Source: Escherichia phage RB14. From it: DNA of 64,000 bases. Below the pieces are notes generated by a model. The model saw only the letters and a list, made by a program, of their open reading frames with translations, had not been told where the DNA came from and did not search any database. The DNA is taken from the sequence record NC_012638.1, one strand, 5' to 3'. Of the stretch, positions 31,935 through 46,032 are shown one piece after another. Position 1 is the first letter of the stretch. Every line of letters begins with the position of its first letter. The translations under genes and the position numbers were made by a program.

Positions 31935-32183
31935 TTACTTCAATGTTACCACAAAGTGACGAACTGCTTTTCGTGCAGCAGAAGCCAGAGGCTTGGCATA
32001 TTTAAGTTCATCTTTTTCCTGAAGCTCAGCAGCTAATGCAGTTTGAGCAGGATTCAGATGTTTGAAATAACGCAGGATTTCAAGAGCTTCGGCTTCAACA
32101 TCAATAGATGCGCCATAGTTTTCGTGACCATTATTCCATGCGTTTCGTTGCAGTTCAAGAGCGTGTTGTAATTGTTTAATCAT
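31935..32183 (-). CDS. rIII: Lysis inhibition accessory protein rIII (82 aa)
   Basis: 82 aa, immediately downstream of gene 31 as in T4. Confidence 0.85.
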   Translation of the reverse strand: MIKQLQHALELQRNAWNNGHENYGASIDVEAEALEILRYFKHLNPAQTALAAELQEKDELKYAKPLASAARKAVRHFVVTLK

Positions 32184-32301
32184 TTAAAAATTCTCGTTAG
32201 AGATTAAAACTCGGTAGTCACGTTCTTCTGAATTTCATCTTCTTTCGACAGATCTCTCAGTTGTAGACTACCACATAGAATTGAAACTCAATTCATATTA
32301 T

Positions 32302-32309
32302 TATTTATA
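32302..32309 (-). promoter_or_regulatory. Late promoter (reverse TATAAATA) upstream of rIII
   Basis: Exact match adjacent to the gene 31 stop. Confidence 0.55.
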
Positions 32310-32645
32310 TCACTTATAAAGACACGGAATAGCTTTATAGTGACAGGTAACGAATTTTTGCTTAATTTCTTTTGGCTGCTTAAGACCCAGAGCTACAAAA
32401 GGATGTGGAACGTTTCGAATTTGACCAACTGGAAGAGAAGTCAAATCACCAACTTCACAGAAACCTTCAGGAACATCAGGACCAACAGAGTGAATTACAC
32501 ACAGTTCAGGAACTTCACCTTGAACACGTTTACCGATAATAAGTCCTGATTCTGTAACTTCTTCATCACCGGCTTGTGCAGGTTCAGAAACTAAAATAAC
32601 ATATTCACCGACAGCACGAATTGGTAGCTGTTGTACTTCAGACAT
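32310..32645 (-). CDS. 31: Co-chaperonin gp31 (GroES analogue, 111 aa)
   Basis: 111 aa; matches recalled T4 gp31. Confidence 0.92.
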   Translation of the reverse strand: MSEVQQLPIRAVGEYVILVSEPAQAGDEEVTESGLIIGKRVQGEVPELCVIHSVGPDVPEGFCEVGDLTSLPVGQIRNVPHPFVALGLKQPKEIKQKFVTCHYKAIPCLYK

Positions 32646-32701
32646 CGTTTTTCCTTTTTGTTAACAGATGAATTAATAATAACAAATAATTCTTAAAGCA
32701 T

Positions 32702-33010
32702 TTATTTACCAATAAATTGGAGTAAATGCTCAACTTTCATACCATTAACAGAAATCAATTTGTCAATAGAAAAACCTCGCCACTCGCCAAGCTCAACATC
32801 AAATACTGGAATCATATCAGTAGATTCTTTCCGAGCAGATTCAGTCAATTTACCAGTTTGCATGGTTGGCATAAAGTCAGCATCGCGAGTACCTTTCATA
32901 GTACGAATAGTACCATCAGACTTTTCAAAAACTACGTTTGAAATACCCATGGACAATTTAGTTTTCAAAATTTCACGAATTGCTACTTTCTGTTCAGTTG
33001 TCAGTTTCAT
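32702..33010 (-). CDS. Hypothetical protein (31.1 position, 102 aa)
   Basis: ATG start; synteny. Confidence 0.6.
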   Translation of the reverse strand: MKLTTEQKVAIREILKTKLSMGISNVVFEKSDGTIRTMKGTRDADFMPTMQTGKLTESARKESTDMIPVFDVELGEWRGFSIDKLISVNGMKVEHLLQFIGK

Positions 33011-33247
33011 TTATTTACCTATTACAGTTTTAATATGAGTTGTTCCACGTTCTTTAAGGGTGGAAAGTAATTTTTGGCATTTTTCTAAATCAGATTTCCA
33101 ACTATATGGTCTATCAATACTAGTCCAATCAGTTTTATAATACTGTTTCCATTTAGAGAAAAAATATTTCTTATACTCTACAGCAAACGAGATGTTCTCG
33201 TTAGAATAAGAACTAATTGCTGTAAGCTTTACCAAACGAAATTTCAT
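33011..33247 (-). CDS. Hypothetical protein (31.2 position, 78 aa)
   Basis: ATG start; synteny. Confidence 0.55.
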   Translation of the reverse strand: MKFRLVKLTAISSYSNENISFAVEYKKYFFSKWKQYYKTDWTSIDRPYSWKSDLEKCQKLLSTLKERGTTHIKTVIGK

Positions 33248-33828
33248 TATTCACCACAGAATTCGTTGATATTTTCCCAGTTTAACTTATTCAAGTTTTT
33301 CTTAGGAACATTAAACACTTCAATACCTGCATTTCGCAGAATATCATCCCAGCCAGGTTTATTTTTATCGTATGTTTCACAATAAACCAACTTTTTAATT
33401 CCAGATTGAGCTATTGCTTTTGCACAATCTGGACAAGGAGAAAGTGTTACATACATAGTAGCACCTTCAATAGAAGAACCATTTCGTGCAGCAAACAAAA
33501 TTGCATTTAGTTCAGCATGAATTTCATTTTTAGACGACCATTCAGAGTGAGCGCTGCGGTGTTCTTTCGCCAAGACAAAACGATCAGTTGAACCAAATGA
33601 TACACATTCGGGCTTATGACCTTGAATGATAGTATGTTTAGGCTTATTCAACAACCAACCTTGCTCAGCAGCATAATCACAGCAATTTACTCCACCTGCC
33701 GGAGAACCATTATACCCAGTAGAAATAATACGTCCATTCTTTTCAATTACTGCTCCTACCTTCCAGGAGCAACATTTTGATTCCTGTGATACTAAATATG
33801 CAATTTGAAGTACTGTACTCGCTTTCAT
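33247..33828 (-). CDS. cd: dCMP deaminase (193 aa)
   Basis: Zinc-binding deaminase motifs HAELNA and PCPDC; 193 aa. Confidence 0.93.
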   Translation of the reverse strand: MKASTVLQIAYLVSQESKCCSWKVGAVIEKNGRIISTGYNGSPAGGVNCCDYAAEQGWLLNKPKHTIIQGHKPECVSFGSTDRFVLAKEHRSAHSEWSSKNEIHAELNAILFAARNGSSIEGATMYVTLSPCPDCAKAIAQSGIKKLVYCETYDKNKPGWDDILRNAGIEVFNVPKKNLNKLNWENINEFCGE

Positions 33829-34163
33829 TTCATAATCACCAGATAAGCAGATTTAGCAGTTTCAACACGATAAATTTCGTGACGAAGTTTAGTTATACTT
33901 TTAATAACAGAACTAATTATATTCTGCCCATCTTTAAAGCGGTTTTTCTTATCAATAAAAATTGCGCCAACCATCTTTTTGTGAAGCTCAACTGGATACT
34001 TCGTCACAATAATAGCATCATATACAGAAGGATGAATACTATTTACTAGAGTGTCATTCATTAAAGTTATTCTAATGAACTGTGCTGTTTCAGAGTCAAG
34101 CGCTCTATGATCGCCAGTATCATTTTCAAGACAATTATCAATTATATCAGTTAAATTCATCAT
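33825..34163 (-). CDS. Hypothetical protein (112 aa)
   Basis: ATG start overlapping the cd start region (ATGA-type). Confidence 0.55.
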   Translation of the reverse strand: MMNLTDIIDNCLENDTGDHRALDSETAQFIRITLMNDTLVNSIHPSVYDAIIVTKYPVELHKKMVGAIFIDKKNRFKDGQNIISSVIKSITKLRHEIYRVETAKSAYLVIMK

Positions 34164-34396
34164 AGTACGCCATACACCCTTTGTGCTTCAACTAATCCAT
34201 CAAAATCTAATTTAAGATGCGATATTTGATCGCCATCACCTGGATTCACAATTACTAATACTGAACGAGGAGTTTCGGTAATAACACGAACCGATGTTTC
34301 AGGAAATCGTTCAGAAACCTTATTTACCAATTCCTGTGCAAATAGCTTAACTTTTTCTTGGAATTCTTTAACAGTAATTGGTTTTTCACTTAGCAT
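34160..34396 (-). CDS. Hypothetical protein (78 aa)
   Basis: ATG start; coupled to neighbours. Confidence 0.55.
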   Translation of the reverse strand: MLSEKPITVKEFQEKVKLFAQELVNKVSERFPETSVRVITETPRSVLVIVNPGDGDQISHLKLDFDGLVEAQRVYGVL

Positions 34397-34932
34397 GTTG
34401 ATCCCAGCTCCTTACTTTCAACGTTTTTAACTAATTTGACAGAAACTAATTCAGCATCTTGAGTAATCATTACCGGGCCTTCTTCATACTCTTCAAGATA
34501 TTCTAGAGCTTTCTTTTTAGCTTCTTCCTTCGTATCAGTTTGAGCATAGATATAAAACATACAACCAGTAATACCTACTACTTTCCATTTAATTTCTTTA
34601 TCAGTTTTAATTTCAAATTTACTGACAGAATCATCTTTTTGAACTTCTTCGAAAAAATAATATTCTGACATATAAGTAATTGAAAATAACGGGCTATCTT
34701 TATAGCATTCGCCCATTACATCAACAGCTTTATACCAGCAGTCATCAATTTCACGTTTAATGCTAATAACATTCTTCGCGGGATCAATTTTTACTTTAAA
34801 TGAATTTTCATCAATAAACTGGGCAATTCGTTTATTAGCCCCACAAGTTTCATTAAAAATATCTTTATATCCAGCTTTAAAGCGATAAACCTTATCTTCT
34901 TCAAACCATTCGCTCATTTTCAATTTCCTCAT
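34390..34932 (-). CDS. Hypothetical protein (180 aa; alternative start at 34917 has a better Shine-Dalgarno)
   Basis: Long ORF on the early strand; no recognisable motif. Confidence 0.6.
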   Translation of the reverse strand: MRKLKMSEWFEEDKVYRFKAGYKDIFNETCGANKRIAQFIDENSFKVKIDPAKNVISIKREIDDCWYKAVDVMGECYKDSPLFSITYMSEYYFFEEVQKDDSVSKFEIKTDKEIKWKVVGITGCMFYIYAQTDTKEEAKKKALEYLEEYEEGPVMITQDAELVSVKLVKNVESKELGSTC

Positions 34933-34979
34933 TTGTTTGGTAGAGCTATAATATCACAACTCTACCGTAAAGTAAACTA

Positions 34980-35255
34980 TTAAATTGCTTTGAATTCTGC
35001 TGTCTGCGATTCAAAACGAATATCGCCTTTGATGACTAGCTCAGCATCAAGACCGAATACAACAATGATATGTGCAGAACCTGGATACAACGTGATGGCA
35101 ATAGAATCCACCTGGTCTGGAAGCAAAGTGTTCAATACATGAGTCACTTGAGCATGGATTCGAAGCTCAGCTGCGTTATCAAGTTTTTCAAACATATTAT
35201 TAGCGATAATTTGGCTAAACACTACTTCTACGATTTTAGAATAAGTCGGAAACAT
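34980..35255 (-). CDS. Hypothetical protein (91 aa from first ATG)
   Basis: Track start is TTG; ATG at 35255 preceded by GAGGT. Confidence 0.55.
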   Translation of the reverse strand: MFPTYSKIVEVVFSQIIANNMFEKLDNAAELRIHAQVTHVLNTLLPDQVDSIAITLYPGSAHIIVVFGLDAELVIKGDIRFESQTAEFKAI

Positions 35256-35257
35256 AT

Positions 35258-35458
35258 TTACCTCACATAATTTTCTTCGAGCCAATCAATAACATCCAAC
35301 GCATTATCAAAAGTTGAACCATCTACTTTGTCTTCTGTTTCATAATCAAGAACATCTAAACCTACTCTTCCATCAACAATAGGCCATAAACAAAATAGAT
35401 ATTTCTTTTCTTTTTCAATTTTATCACAAAGACGATAAATCTTTTCTATGTTATTCAT
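35258..35458 (-). CDS. Hypothetical acidic small protein (66 aa)
   Basis: ATG start. Confidence 0.5.
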   Translation of the reverse strand: MNNIEKIYRLCDKIEKEKKYLFCLWPIVDGRVGLDVLDYETEDKVDGSTFDNALDVIDWLEENYVR

Positions 35459-35647
35459 AAGTTTTCCATGGTAAAGGCAGTTTAGTTTTCTTTACTGTTA
35501 GTTCAATATCAGGATTCTTTTCTCTTAATTTAAGGCATTCCTCCCAAGCTCTGATTTCACTAGTGAATACACAAAATTGCCCATTACTAGTACCGACTAA
35601 ACCACTATTTACAATAATAATAGCCCAAGTTTCATGATGCCACGCCA

Positions 35648-35648
<1 letters not shown>
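35451..35648 (-). CDS. Hypothetical small protein (65 aa from ATG overlapping pseT stop)
   Basis: TAATG junction with pseT and GGGAGA Shine-Dalgarno; the upstream ATG at 35678 would overlap pseT by 30 nt. Confidence 0.5.
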
Positions 35649-36851
<1,203 letters not shown>

Positions 36852-36855
<4 letters not shown>

Positions 36856-37082
36856 TTATTTTTCTCAACCAATGATTGAATATAATCATGCAGGTCTTTA
36901 GATGCTTTACCCCACTTATTTTGGTATTCATTTTTAAGATTAGCACGTGATTGAGCTAATAAAACATCATTAGTTGGAGGTAAAGATTCTAATCGTTGAA
37001 TCTGTCGTCCATAAATCATTGCAGCCATCTCGGATTCATAAATTAATCCCTTTAGATGTTCAAATTGATACCATGAAATCAT
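36852..37082 (-). CDS. Hypothetical protein (76 aa)
   Basis: ATG start. Confidence 0.5.
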
Positions 37083-37378
37083 TTACATTTATCCTCTTTT
37101 AACTCTTGACGATAATAACATATCATAGTTTTCTGGTCATGTACATATCGTTTTACATCATTAAGCCAAATACGAAATTCCTGGGAATCTTCAAATGGCA
37201 TACCGACCCAAGCTTTACCATCAATAACTTTAACTTGCCAAGATAGTTTAGCTTCGTCATATGACTTTATTTGTACAGGCCAATTAGGATGAACTGTTTC
37301 TTTCTTTACTTCTAGAGGCTTTGTAGAACAACCAACTAGAAGACCAATAGATAATATTACTGCGGATAGTTTAATCAT
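37079..37378 (-). CDS. Outer-membrane spanin (o-spanin) lipoprotein (99 aa)
   Basis: Signal peptide ending in lipobox LLVGC; immediately downstream of the i-spanin-like gene, as for the T4 pseT.3/pseT.2 spanin pair. Confidence 0.7.
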   Translation of the reverse strand: MIKLSAVILSIGLLVGCSTKPLEVKKETVHPNWPVQIKSYDEAKLSWQVKVIDGKAWVGMPFEDSQEFRIWLNDVKRYVHDQKTMICYYRQELKEDKCK

Positions 37379-37728
37379 TTAGAAAGATCCTGGATGTCTT
37401 CTGCGAACTTGCTAAAGGAATTGTTGATTTGTTTTTCAACCAATCCTGGCTTACTAGCCACCACATCCGCCTTCTTCGCATCTTTACGCAGTTTTTCATT
37501 TTCACGCTCAATTGCAGCAATTGATTCACGATTTTTATTATTCATTGCATCAATATAATTATATTGATTTTTTAAATCATTTAATGCTAAAGCATTTTCA
37601 TTAGCAGTTTTTGTAATTTCTACGACAGACGTTTCTAATCTTTCAATTTTGTGTTTTAAAACTAAAGAAGTTCCGCCCAATGTAATTACAATTAATAGTA
37701 AACCTGCTGTAGTATTACTTAATTGCAT
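37375..37728 (-). CDS. Inner-membrane spanin (i-spanin) (117 aa)
   Basis: N-terminal transmembrane segment followed by a long charged helical region; ATGA overlap with the lipoprotein gene. Confidence 0.7.
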   Translation of the reverse strand: MQLSNTTAGLLLIVITLGGTSLVLKHKIERLETSVVEITKTANENALALNDLKNQYNYIDAMNNKNRESIAAIERENEKLRKDAKKADVVASKPGLVEKQINNSFSKFAEDIQDLSK

Positions 37729-38225
37729 AAAGTTTTAATAACCTCTATAATATCGTCTTGAGAAAGACCGTTAATTAAAATATGATGTTCAGCTGGAGAT
37801 TTAGAAATTTTAAAGCATGCCGCAACATCTTCTGCCATATCTGATGCACTACGATTTGGATTACTAATTCCAAGACGATGCTTTCCAGTCAAAGGATTAA
37901 CGATGATATAGCATTTGCAGCTATTGATATGAACATTGGGTTGAGTCTGATTAATGAACACTTCACAATCATACTTAGCGAGTTGATTTTCTAAAAAGAC
38001 TTTCATCTCTTCAACCGCATCAGGAAGCATATCACGGGCTTGCTCAAGACGACGATTTCGATATTCTTTAATGGTCGTTTTCCGCTTGACTTGCTTAGCT
38101 AAATCTTTCTTAAGATCGGTGATATATCCAACTCGACGATTTCCTTTGAATACAGAAATCCCATCTGTAGTATCACCGTATGCTTCAACGACCATTTCAG
38201 TAGTAATAAGTTGTAAATCCATCAT
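37719..38225 (-). CDS. alc: Alc, inhibitor of host transcription on cytosine-containing DNA (167-168 aa)
   Basis: Length and position between the spanins and rnlA as in T4; early promoter cassette upstream. Confidence 0.8.
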   Translation of the reverse strand: MMDLQLITTEMVVEAYGDTTDGISVFKGNRRVGYITDLKKDLAKQVKRKTTIKEYRNRRLEQARDMLPDAVEEMKVFLENQLAKYDCEVFINQTQPNVHINSCKCYIIVNPLTGKHRLGISNPNRSASDMAEDVAACFKISKSPAEHHILINGLSQDDIIEVIKTLCN

Positions 38226-38229
38226 AAAG

Positions 38230-38283
38230 TCCTCATGTTATGTCAGTAAGACTACTGTAACACAACACGAGGGACTTGTAAAC
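38230..38283 (-). repeat. 54 bp promoter/leader cassette, copy 2
   Basis: Direct alignment with 22453-22506. Confidence 0.9.
38254..38283 (-). promoter_or_regulatory. Early promoter for alc (second copy of the alt.-3 cassette)
   Basis: GTTTACA, 17 nt, TACAGT; 52/54 identity to 22453-22506. Confidence 0.6.
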
Positions 38284-38286
38284 AGC

Positions 38287-39874
<1,588 letters not shown>

Positions 39875-39882
39875 AATAAAAT

Positions 39883-39896
39883 GGGCCTTGCGGCCC
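39883..39896 (-). terminator. Terminator hairpin downstream of nrdB
   Basis: GGGCC-TTGC-GGCCC hairpin followed on the minus strand by a T-rich tract. Confidence 0.6.
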
Positions 39897-39901
39897 ACTC
39901 C

Positions 39902-41080
39902 TTAAAAGTATTTTTTAAAACTCATCATAACTTTATCATCAACATCATTATCAATCTGTGCAACAAGATAAGATGACAGTTCTACTTCTTGTGGCGCGGA
40001 TTGAACATTATCAGAATTAAGATATTCACGAATCCAAGGATATGGATGTTTAACCGGAGCATCGGTAATTGGGCATGGAAGACCGCACTGTTTCATACGA
40101 GATACAGTTAAGTAATCAATAAAGCTCCACATGCTATTTGTATTTAATCCAGGAACATCGCCATCTTTAAATAAATGAACTGCCCAATCTTTTTCTTGGC
40201 GGTTAACTTCCATGAAAATATCAACTGCTTCTTGTTCACACTCTTGAGCAATTTTAACCCATTGATCGCCATCAGTACCAGATTGAAGTTGACGAATAAT
40301 ATATTGGGTGCCTTTAAGGTGAAGCTGTTCATCGCGTGCAATGAACTTCATAATCTTGGCATTACCTTCCATGATTTCCATGTTTTTATGGAAGTTAAAG
40401 GTACATGCGAAAGATACATAAAAACGAATAGCTTCCAATGCGTTGATTACATGCAAACAGAGGTAAAGAGATTTCATTAGCTCACGCTTCCAATATGTCT
40501 CATGCTCAATAGCATCTTCAATAACGTCTTCGTCTGCATTAATTTCTTTTTGGTATTCGATATCAGCTTTAGCGTTTTCCCAATAACGAGTTTTAATTAG
40601 AACATCATCATAATAACGTCCAATGGATTCAGCACGTTTCATAATAGCTTCATCTAATACAATCTCATCAAATACCTTCGATGGATCAGTATAAAGATTT
40701 CGCATGATATGAGTATATGAACGGCTGTGAATAGTTTCACTAAAAGTCCACGTAGCAACCCATGTATCAAGGCTTGGGTCTGAAATTAATGACATAAGTA
40801 CAGCAGACGGCGCACGACCCTGAATGCTATCCAAAAGTGATTGATACTTCAGATTATTAGTAAAAATATTTTGCTGATACTGAGGAAGCTTATTAAACTG
40901 TGCAGCATCCATCATCAAGTTTACTTCTTCAGGACGCCAGAAAAATGATAAAGACTTCTCAGTAAGTTCTTCAAATACTCGATGCCGTTGAATATCATAA
41001 CGCGCAATACCAAGACCTGAACCAAAAAACATAGGTTCTTTTAAAACATCAACTGGATTTGTATTAAAAACTGTGCTCAT
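39902..41080 (-). CDS. nrdB: Ribonucleotide reductase small subunit, uninterrupted (392 aa)
   Basis: Continuous ORF across the full protein; T4 position; no intron. Confidence 0.9.
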   Translation of the reverse strand: MSTVFNTNPVDVLKEPMFFGSGLGIARYDIQRHRVFEELTEKSLSFFWRPEEVNLMMDAAQFNKLPQYQQNIFTNNLKYQSLLDSIQGRAPSAVLMSLISDPSLDTWVATWTFSETIHSRSYTHIMRNLYTDPSKVFDEIVLDEAIMKRAESIGRYYDDVLIKTRYWENAKADIEYQKEINADEDVIEDAIEHETYWKRELMKSLYLCLHVINALEAIRFYVSFACTFNFHKNMEIMEGNAKIMKFIARDEQLHLKGTQYIIRQLQSGTDGDQWVKIAQECEQEAVDIFMEVNRQEKDWAVHLFKDGDVPGLNTNSMWSFIDYLTVSRMKQCGLPCPITDAPVKHPYPWIREYLNSDNVQSAPQEVELSSYLVAQIDNDVDDKVMMSFKKYF

Positions 41081-41131
41081 AAATTTTCCACTTAGTTAAT
41101 AGATAGTGACTCGTCCATGAGTCAAATTATA

Positions 41132-43396
41132 TCATAATTTACAGGATGAACAATCTTCAGCTTTTGGAGTTTCTATTTCATAATCATCAGTACCAGAACC
41201 ATCACGGGTATTATGATAATAGAAATTTTTTCCGCCAAAATACCAAAAATACAAAAGGTCATCAATCATTATTGACATTGGAACCTTTCCTTTTGGAAAA
41301 ATCTGCGGGTCATAGTATGTATTCGCTGAAGCTGATTGACACACCCATTTCAGCATAATAGCTACCTGCGTAAGATAAGGTTTATTACCTTTCTTAGCTA
41401 ATTTCCATGTATAATCATAGAGGTCTATGTTATGCTCAATATTGGGCACGACTTGATTAAAGGAGCCCTCTTTTGATTCTTTAACAGAGACTGGTCCACG
41501 TGGAGGCTCGATACCGTTTGTACTGTTAGAAACTTGGGAAGATGACTCACATGGCATAAGTGCTGATAATGTGCTATTACGGATGCCAAAGAGCTTAAGG
41601 TCTTCCCGCAGCGACGACCAGTCACAAACGTATTTTGGAGCTGCGATTTGGTCAATCTTTTTATTGTACCAGTCGATAGGTAATTCGCCTCGAGACCAAC
41701 GAGTGTCTGAATAATATTCGCAAGGTCCTTTTTCTTTGGCGAGCTTAATGGATGCTTTAATGAGTCCATACTGTAATCTCTCAAATAGTTCATGTGTTAA
41801 ATCGTTAGCATCTTCATAAGAAGCAAAGTTACTTGCCAGCCAAGCTGCATAGTTGGTAACACCTACACCGAGGTTACGACGCTTTTTAGCTTTTTCTGCT
41901 TCAGGAACTGGATATCCTTGGTAATCCAATAGATTATCAAGAGCACGAACTTGAACTTCTGCCAATTCATTAATTTTATCTTGGTCTTGCCAGTCAAAAT
42001 TATCTAGTACGAATGCAGAGAGAGTACACAATCCAATTTCAGCATCAGGACTATTCACATCATTTGTTGGAATAGCAATTTCACAGCACAAGTTACTCTG
42101 ACGAATAGGTGCCTTTTCACGAATAAACGGAGTGTAGTTATTCGTATTATCAATGAACTGCACATAAATCCTTGCTGTTCCTGAACGTTCAGTCATGAGC
42201 AATTCAAATAGTTCACGGGCTTTAATACGCTTTTTACGAATATTAGGGTCTTTTTCTGCTGCTTCGTATAATTCACGGAAACGGTCTTGGTCTTTAAAAT
42301 AAGAATAATAAAGCTCGCCACCCATTTCGTGTGGACTGAACAAAGTAATGTAATCGTTCTTTCCGAATCGTTCCATCATCAAATCATTCAGCTGAACACC
42401 ATAATCCATATGACGAATGCGGTTTTCTTCTACGCCTTTGTTATTTTTCAAAACGAGAAGATTTTCAACTTCCAAATGCCAAATAGGATAATAAGCAGTA
42501 GCAGCGCCGCCACGAATTCCACCCTGTGAACATGATTTAACAGCAGTCTGAAAATGTTTCCAAAAAGGAATAACACCAGTATGGCGTACTTCACCCATGC
42601 CAATCTTAGAACCTTCGGCACGAATCATACCAACGTTAATACCAATTCCAGCACGTTTAGAGATATATTCAACAATTGAAGCGGAAGCCTTATTGATAGA
42701 CTTCAATGAATCACCTGCCTCAATAACAACACATGAACTAAACTGCCGAGTTGGAGTACGGCAACCAGCCATAATAGGAGTTGGCAATGAAATCTGTCGA
42801 GTAGATACTGCTTCATAAAAACGGATAACATGTTTTAATCTATCAACAGGTTCATCTTGATGCAGTGCCATTCCAATAGTCATAAATGCAAACTGTGGAG
42901 TTTCATAAATTTGACCAGTGGTTTTATCTTTAACTAAATATTTTTCTTTTAATTGCATCGCCCCGGAATAAGTAAATTCCATATCCCGCTCGTGCTTAAT
43001 TTTTGATTCTAAAAATGTAATTTCTTCTGCTGAATATTTTGACAATAATTCAGGGTCATATTTACCTGCATTTACACAATAAGAAATATGGTCAATAAAT
43101 GAACGTGGTTCATACTGCCCATAAACATGCTTACGAAGAGCGAACATTAAACAACGTGCAGCTACATATTGGTAATCAGGCTCTTCAACCGAAATAGAAT
43201 TCGCAGCGGCCTTAATGACAATAGTCTGAATATCATCAGTTGTCATTCCATCACGGAGATAAGATTTAATATTTTCATATAATTCATAAGGATCGACTGA
43301 TGTTCCTTCAGCTGCCCAAGATAAAACTTTAATAATTTTTTGTGGGTCAAAGCTCTGAGAAACACCACTACTTTTGATAACATTAATTAATTGCAT
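41132..43396 (-). CDS. nrdA: Ribonucleotide reductase large subunit (754 aa)
   Basis: 754 aa as in T4 NrdA; C-terminal CxxC pair. Confidence 0.93.
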   Translation of the reverse strand: MQLINVIKSSGVSQSFDPQKIIKVLSWAAEGTSVDPYELYENIKSYLRDGMTTDDIQTIVIKAAANSISVEEPDYQYVAARCLMFALRKHVYGQYEPRSFIDHISYCVNAGKYDPELLSKYSAEEITFLESKIKHERDMEFTYSGAMQLKEKYLVKDKTTGQIYETPQFAFMTIGMALHQDEPVDRLKHVIRFYEAVSTRQISLPTPIMAGCRTPTRQFSSCVVIEAGDSLKSINKASASIVEYISKRAGIGINVGMIRAEGSKIGMGEVRHTGVIPFWKHFQTAVKSCSQGGIRGGAATAYYPIWHLEVENLLVLKNNKGVEENRIRHMDYGVQLNDLMMERFGKNDYITLFSPHEMGGELYYSYFKDQDRFRELYEAAEKDPNIRKKRIKARELFELLMTERSGTARIYVQFIDNTNNYTPFIREKAPIRQSNLCCEIAIPTNDVNSPDAEIGLCTLSAFVLDNFDWQDQDKINELAEVQVRALDNLLDYQGYPVPEAEKAKKRRNLGVGVTNYAAWLASNFASYEDANDLTHELFERLQYGLIKASIKLAKEKGPCEYYSDTRWSRGELPIDWYNKKIDQIAAPKYVCDWSSLREDLKLFGIRNSTLSALMPCESSSQVSNSTNGIEPPRGPVSVKESKEGSFNQVVPNIEHNIDLYDYTWKLAKKGNKPYLTQVAIMLKWVCQSASANTYYDPQIFPKGKVPMSIMIDDLLYFWYFGGKNFYYHNTRDGSGTDDYEIETPKAEDCSSCKL

Positions 43397-43713
43397 AAGT
43401 CCTCAACTTGAAAATCGTCTTTAAACAATCGGTTAACTATATGAGCTATTATATCACCATGACACGGCTTTGGTTTACATGTGCATCCTAGCCTCATTCC
43501 ACGTAAAGGCTCTAAATGTGCTTTAGTTATTTCTCCGGATTTAATTCGACGTATAAAATCTTTTTTGAATAATTCAATGGCAGCCTCCCGGCTGCCAGCA
43601 TCTTTACCGACGTAATTTCCCCAAAATGTACCGCGGTGAATATTAACATCAAAGTCGGATTTGTATTTATTCACTACCCGGCATAGACGGCCCGTGCGGT
43701 TGTAGGTGTTCAT
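43387..43713 (-). CDS. Hypothetical protein (nrdA.1 position, 108 aa)
   Basis: ATG start; synteny. Confidence 0.6.
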   Translation of the reverse strand: MNTYNRTGRLCRVVNKYKSDFDVNIHRGTFWGNYVGKDAGSREAAIELFKKDFIRRIKSGEITKAHLEPLRGMRLGCTCKPKPCHGDIIAHIVNRLFKDDFQVEDLCN

Positions 43714-43930
43714 ATTGTTCTTCCGTTAAAACAGTAATATCGTAGTAACAGTCAGAAGAAGTTTTAACTGTGGAAATTTTATTATCAAAATACTCACGAG
43801 TCATTTTATGAGTATAGTATTTTTTACCATAAATGGTAATAGGCTGTTCTGGTCCTGGAACTTCTAACTCGCTTGGGTTAGGAAGTGTAAAAAGAACAAC
43901 GCCAGAAGTATCTTTAAATCGTAAAATCAT
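43667..43930 (-). CDS. Hypothetical protein (nrdA.2 position, 87 aa)
   Basis: ATGA overlap with td stop. Confidence 0.6.
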   Translation of the reverse strand: MILRFKDTSGVVLFTLPNPSELEVPGPEQPITIYGKKYYTHKMTREYFDNKISTVKTSSDCYYDITVLTEEQYEHLQPHGPSMPGSE

Positions 43931-44787
43931 ATTGCCATTTTCCCTTTAATTGCTGGATGCGATTCATAATTTTCAAGGATAAAATCTTTCGGTTTCATGT
44001 ATTCAGTTAACCAGTAAAGCTGTGTTTCGGTGTCACAATTTCCAAACTCTATAGGCCAATCAATTTTAAGTTCACATAGTTCTTTAGGCTCACGACGTAA
44101 AATTTCTTTACATTGCTCAGTATGATTCATATAGATGTGAGTATTACCACCAGAAAATATCAAATCTCCTGGGATAAGATTACACATCTTAGCCACAATA
44201 TGCGTCAAGGCAGCGTACGAGGCAATGTTGAATGGCAATCCCAAGAAAACATCTACACTTCTTTGGTACCATTGTAAATCAAGATAACCATTACGCACAT
44301 TAAACTGATAGAACATATGACAGGGCGGTAATGCCATTTGATTGATTTCAGCTGGATTCCATGCTGAAACGATTTGACGTCGATCAGTTGGTAATTTTTT
44401 AATACGATCAATAGTTTCAACTAATTGATCCACACCGCCGAAATCACGCCATTGTTTACCGTATATAGGACCAAGTTCACCACTATGATATCCTAGGTCT
44501 TTAGCCTGGTTTTCATAGTTATCGTCCCAAATAGTTTTACCTTGAATAAGACTACCATGTGTGCGAAGACGTAAATCATTAACATTGGTAGAACCGGAAA
44601 TAAACCATAGAAGCTCAGCAATGCATGCATTCCAGGCGAGCTTCTTAGTTGTTACTGCAGGAAAACCTTTAGTTAAATCCCAACGTAATTTAGTACCGAA
44701 CAAAGCAATTGTTCCTGTGCCTGTTCGGTCATCGGTTTCATAGCCATTTTCAAAAATGTCTTTAATTAAATCTTGGTATTGTTTCAT
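43927..44787 (-). CDS. td: Thymidylate synthase, uninterrupted (286 aa)
   Basis: 286 aa continuous ORF with active-site region PPCH; no intron. Confidence 0.93.
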   Translation of the reverse strand: MKQYQDLIKDIFENGYETDDRTGTGTIALFGTKLRWDLTKGFPAVTTKKLAWNACIAELLWFISGSTNVNDLRLRTHGSLIQGKTIWDDNYENQAKDLGYHSGELGPIYGKQWRDFGGVDQLVETIDRIKKLPTDRRQIVSAWNPAEINQMALPPCHMFYQFNVRNGYLDLQWYQRSVDVFLGLPFNIASYAALTHIVAKMCNLIPGDLIFSGGNTHIYMNHTEQCKEILRREPKELCELKIDWPIEFGNCDTETQLYWLTEYMKPKDFILENYESHPAIKGKMAI

Positions 44788-44832
44788 TTAGTACCTTATA
44801 TAAATTATAATACATTTTATGAAGCTAAATAA

Positions 44833-46023
<1,191 letters not shown>

Positions 46024-46032
46024 TATATTTCC

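Noticed and set aside
41081-41131. Possible homing endonuclease gene between nrdB and nrdA
   Set aside because: The spacer is only about 50 bp and holds just a short inverted repeat (TGACTC…GAGTCA).
43927-44787. Expected group I intron and intron-encoded endonuclease in td (and in nrdB at 39902-41080)
   Set aside because: Both reading frames are continuous at full protein length; there is no intervening sequence.
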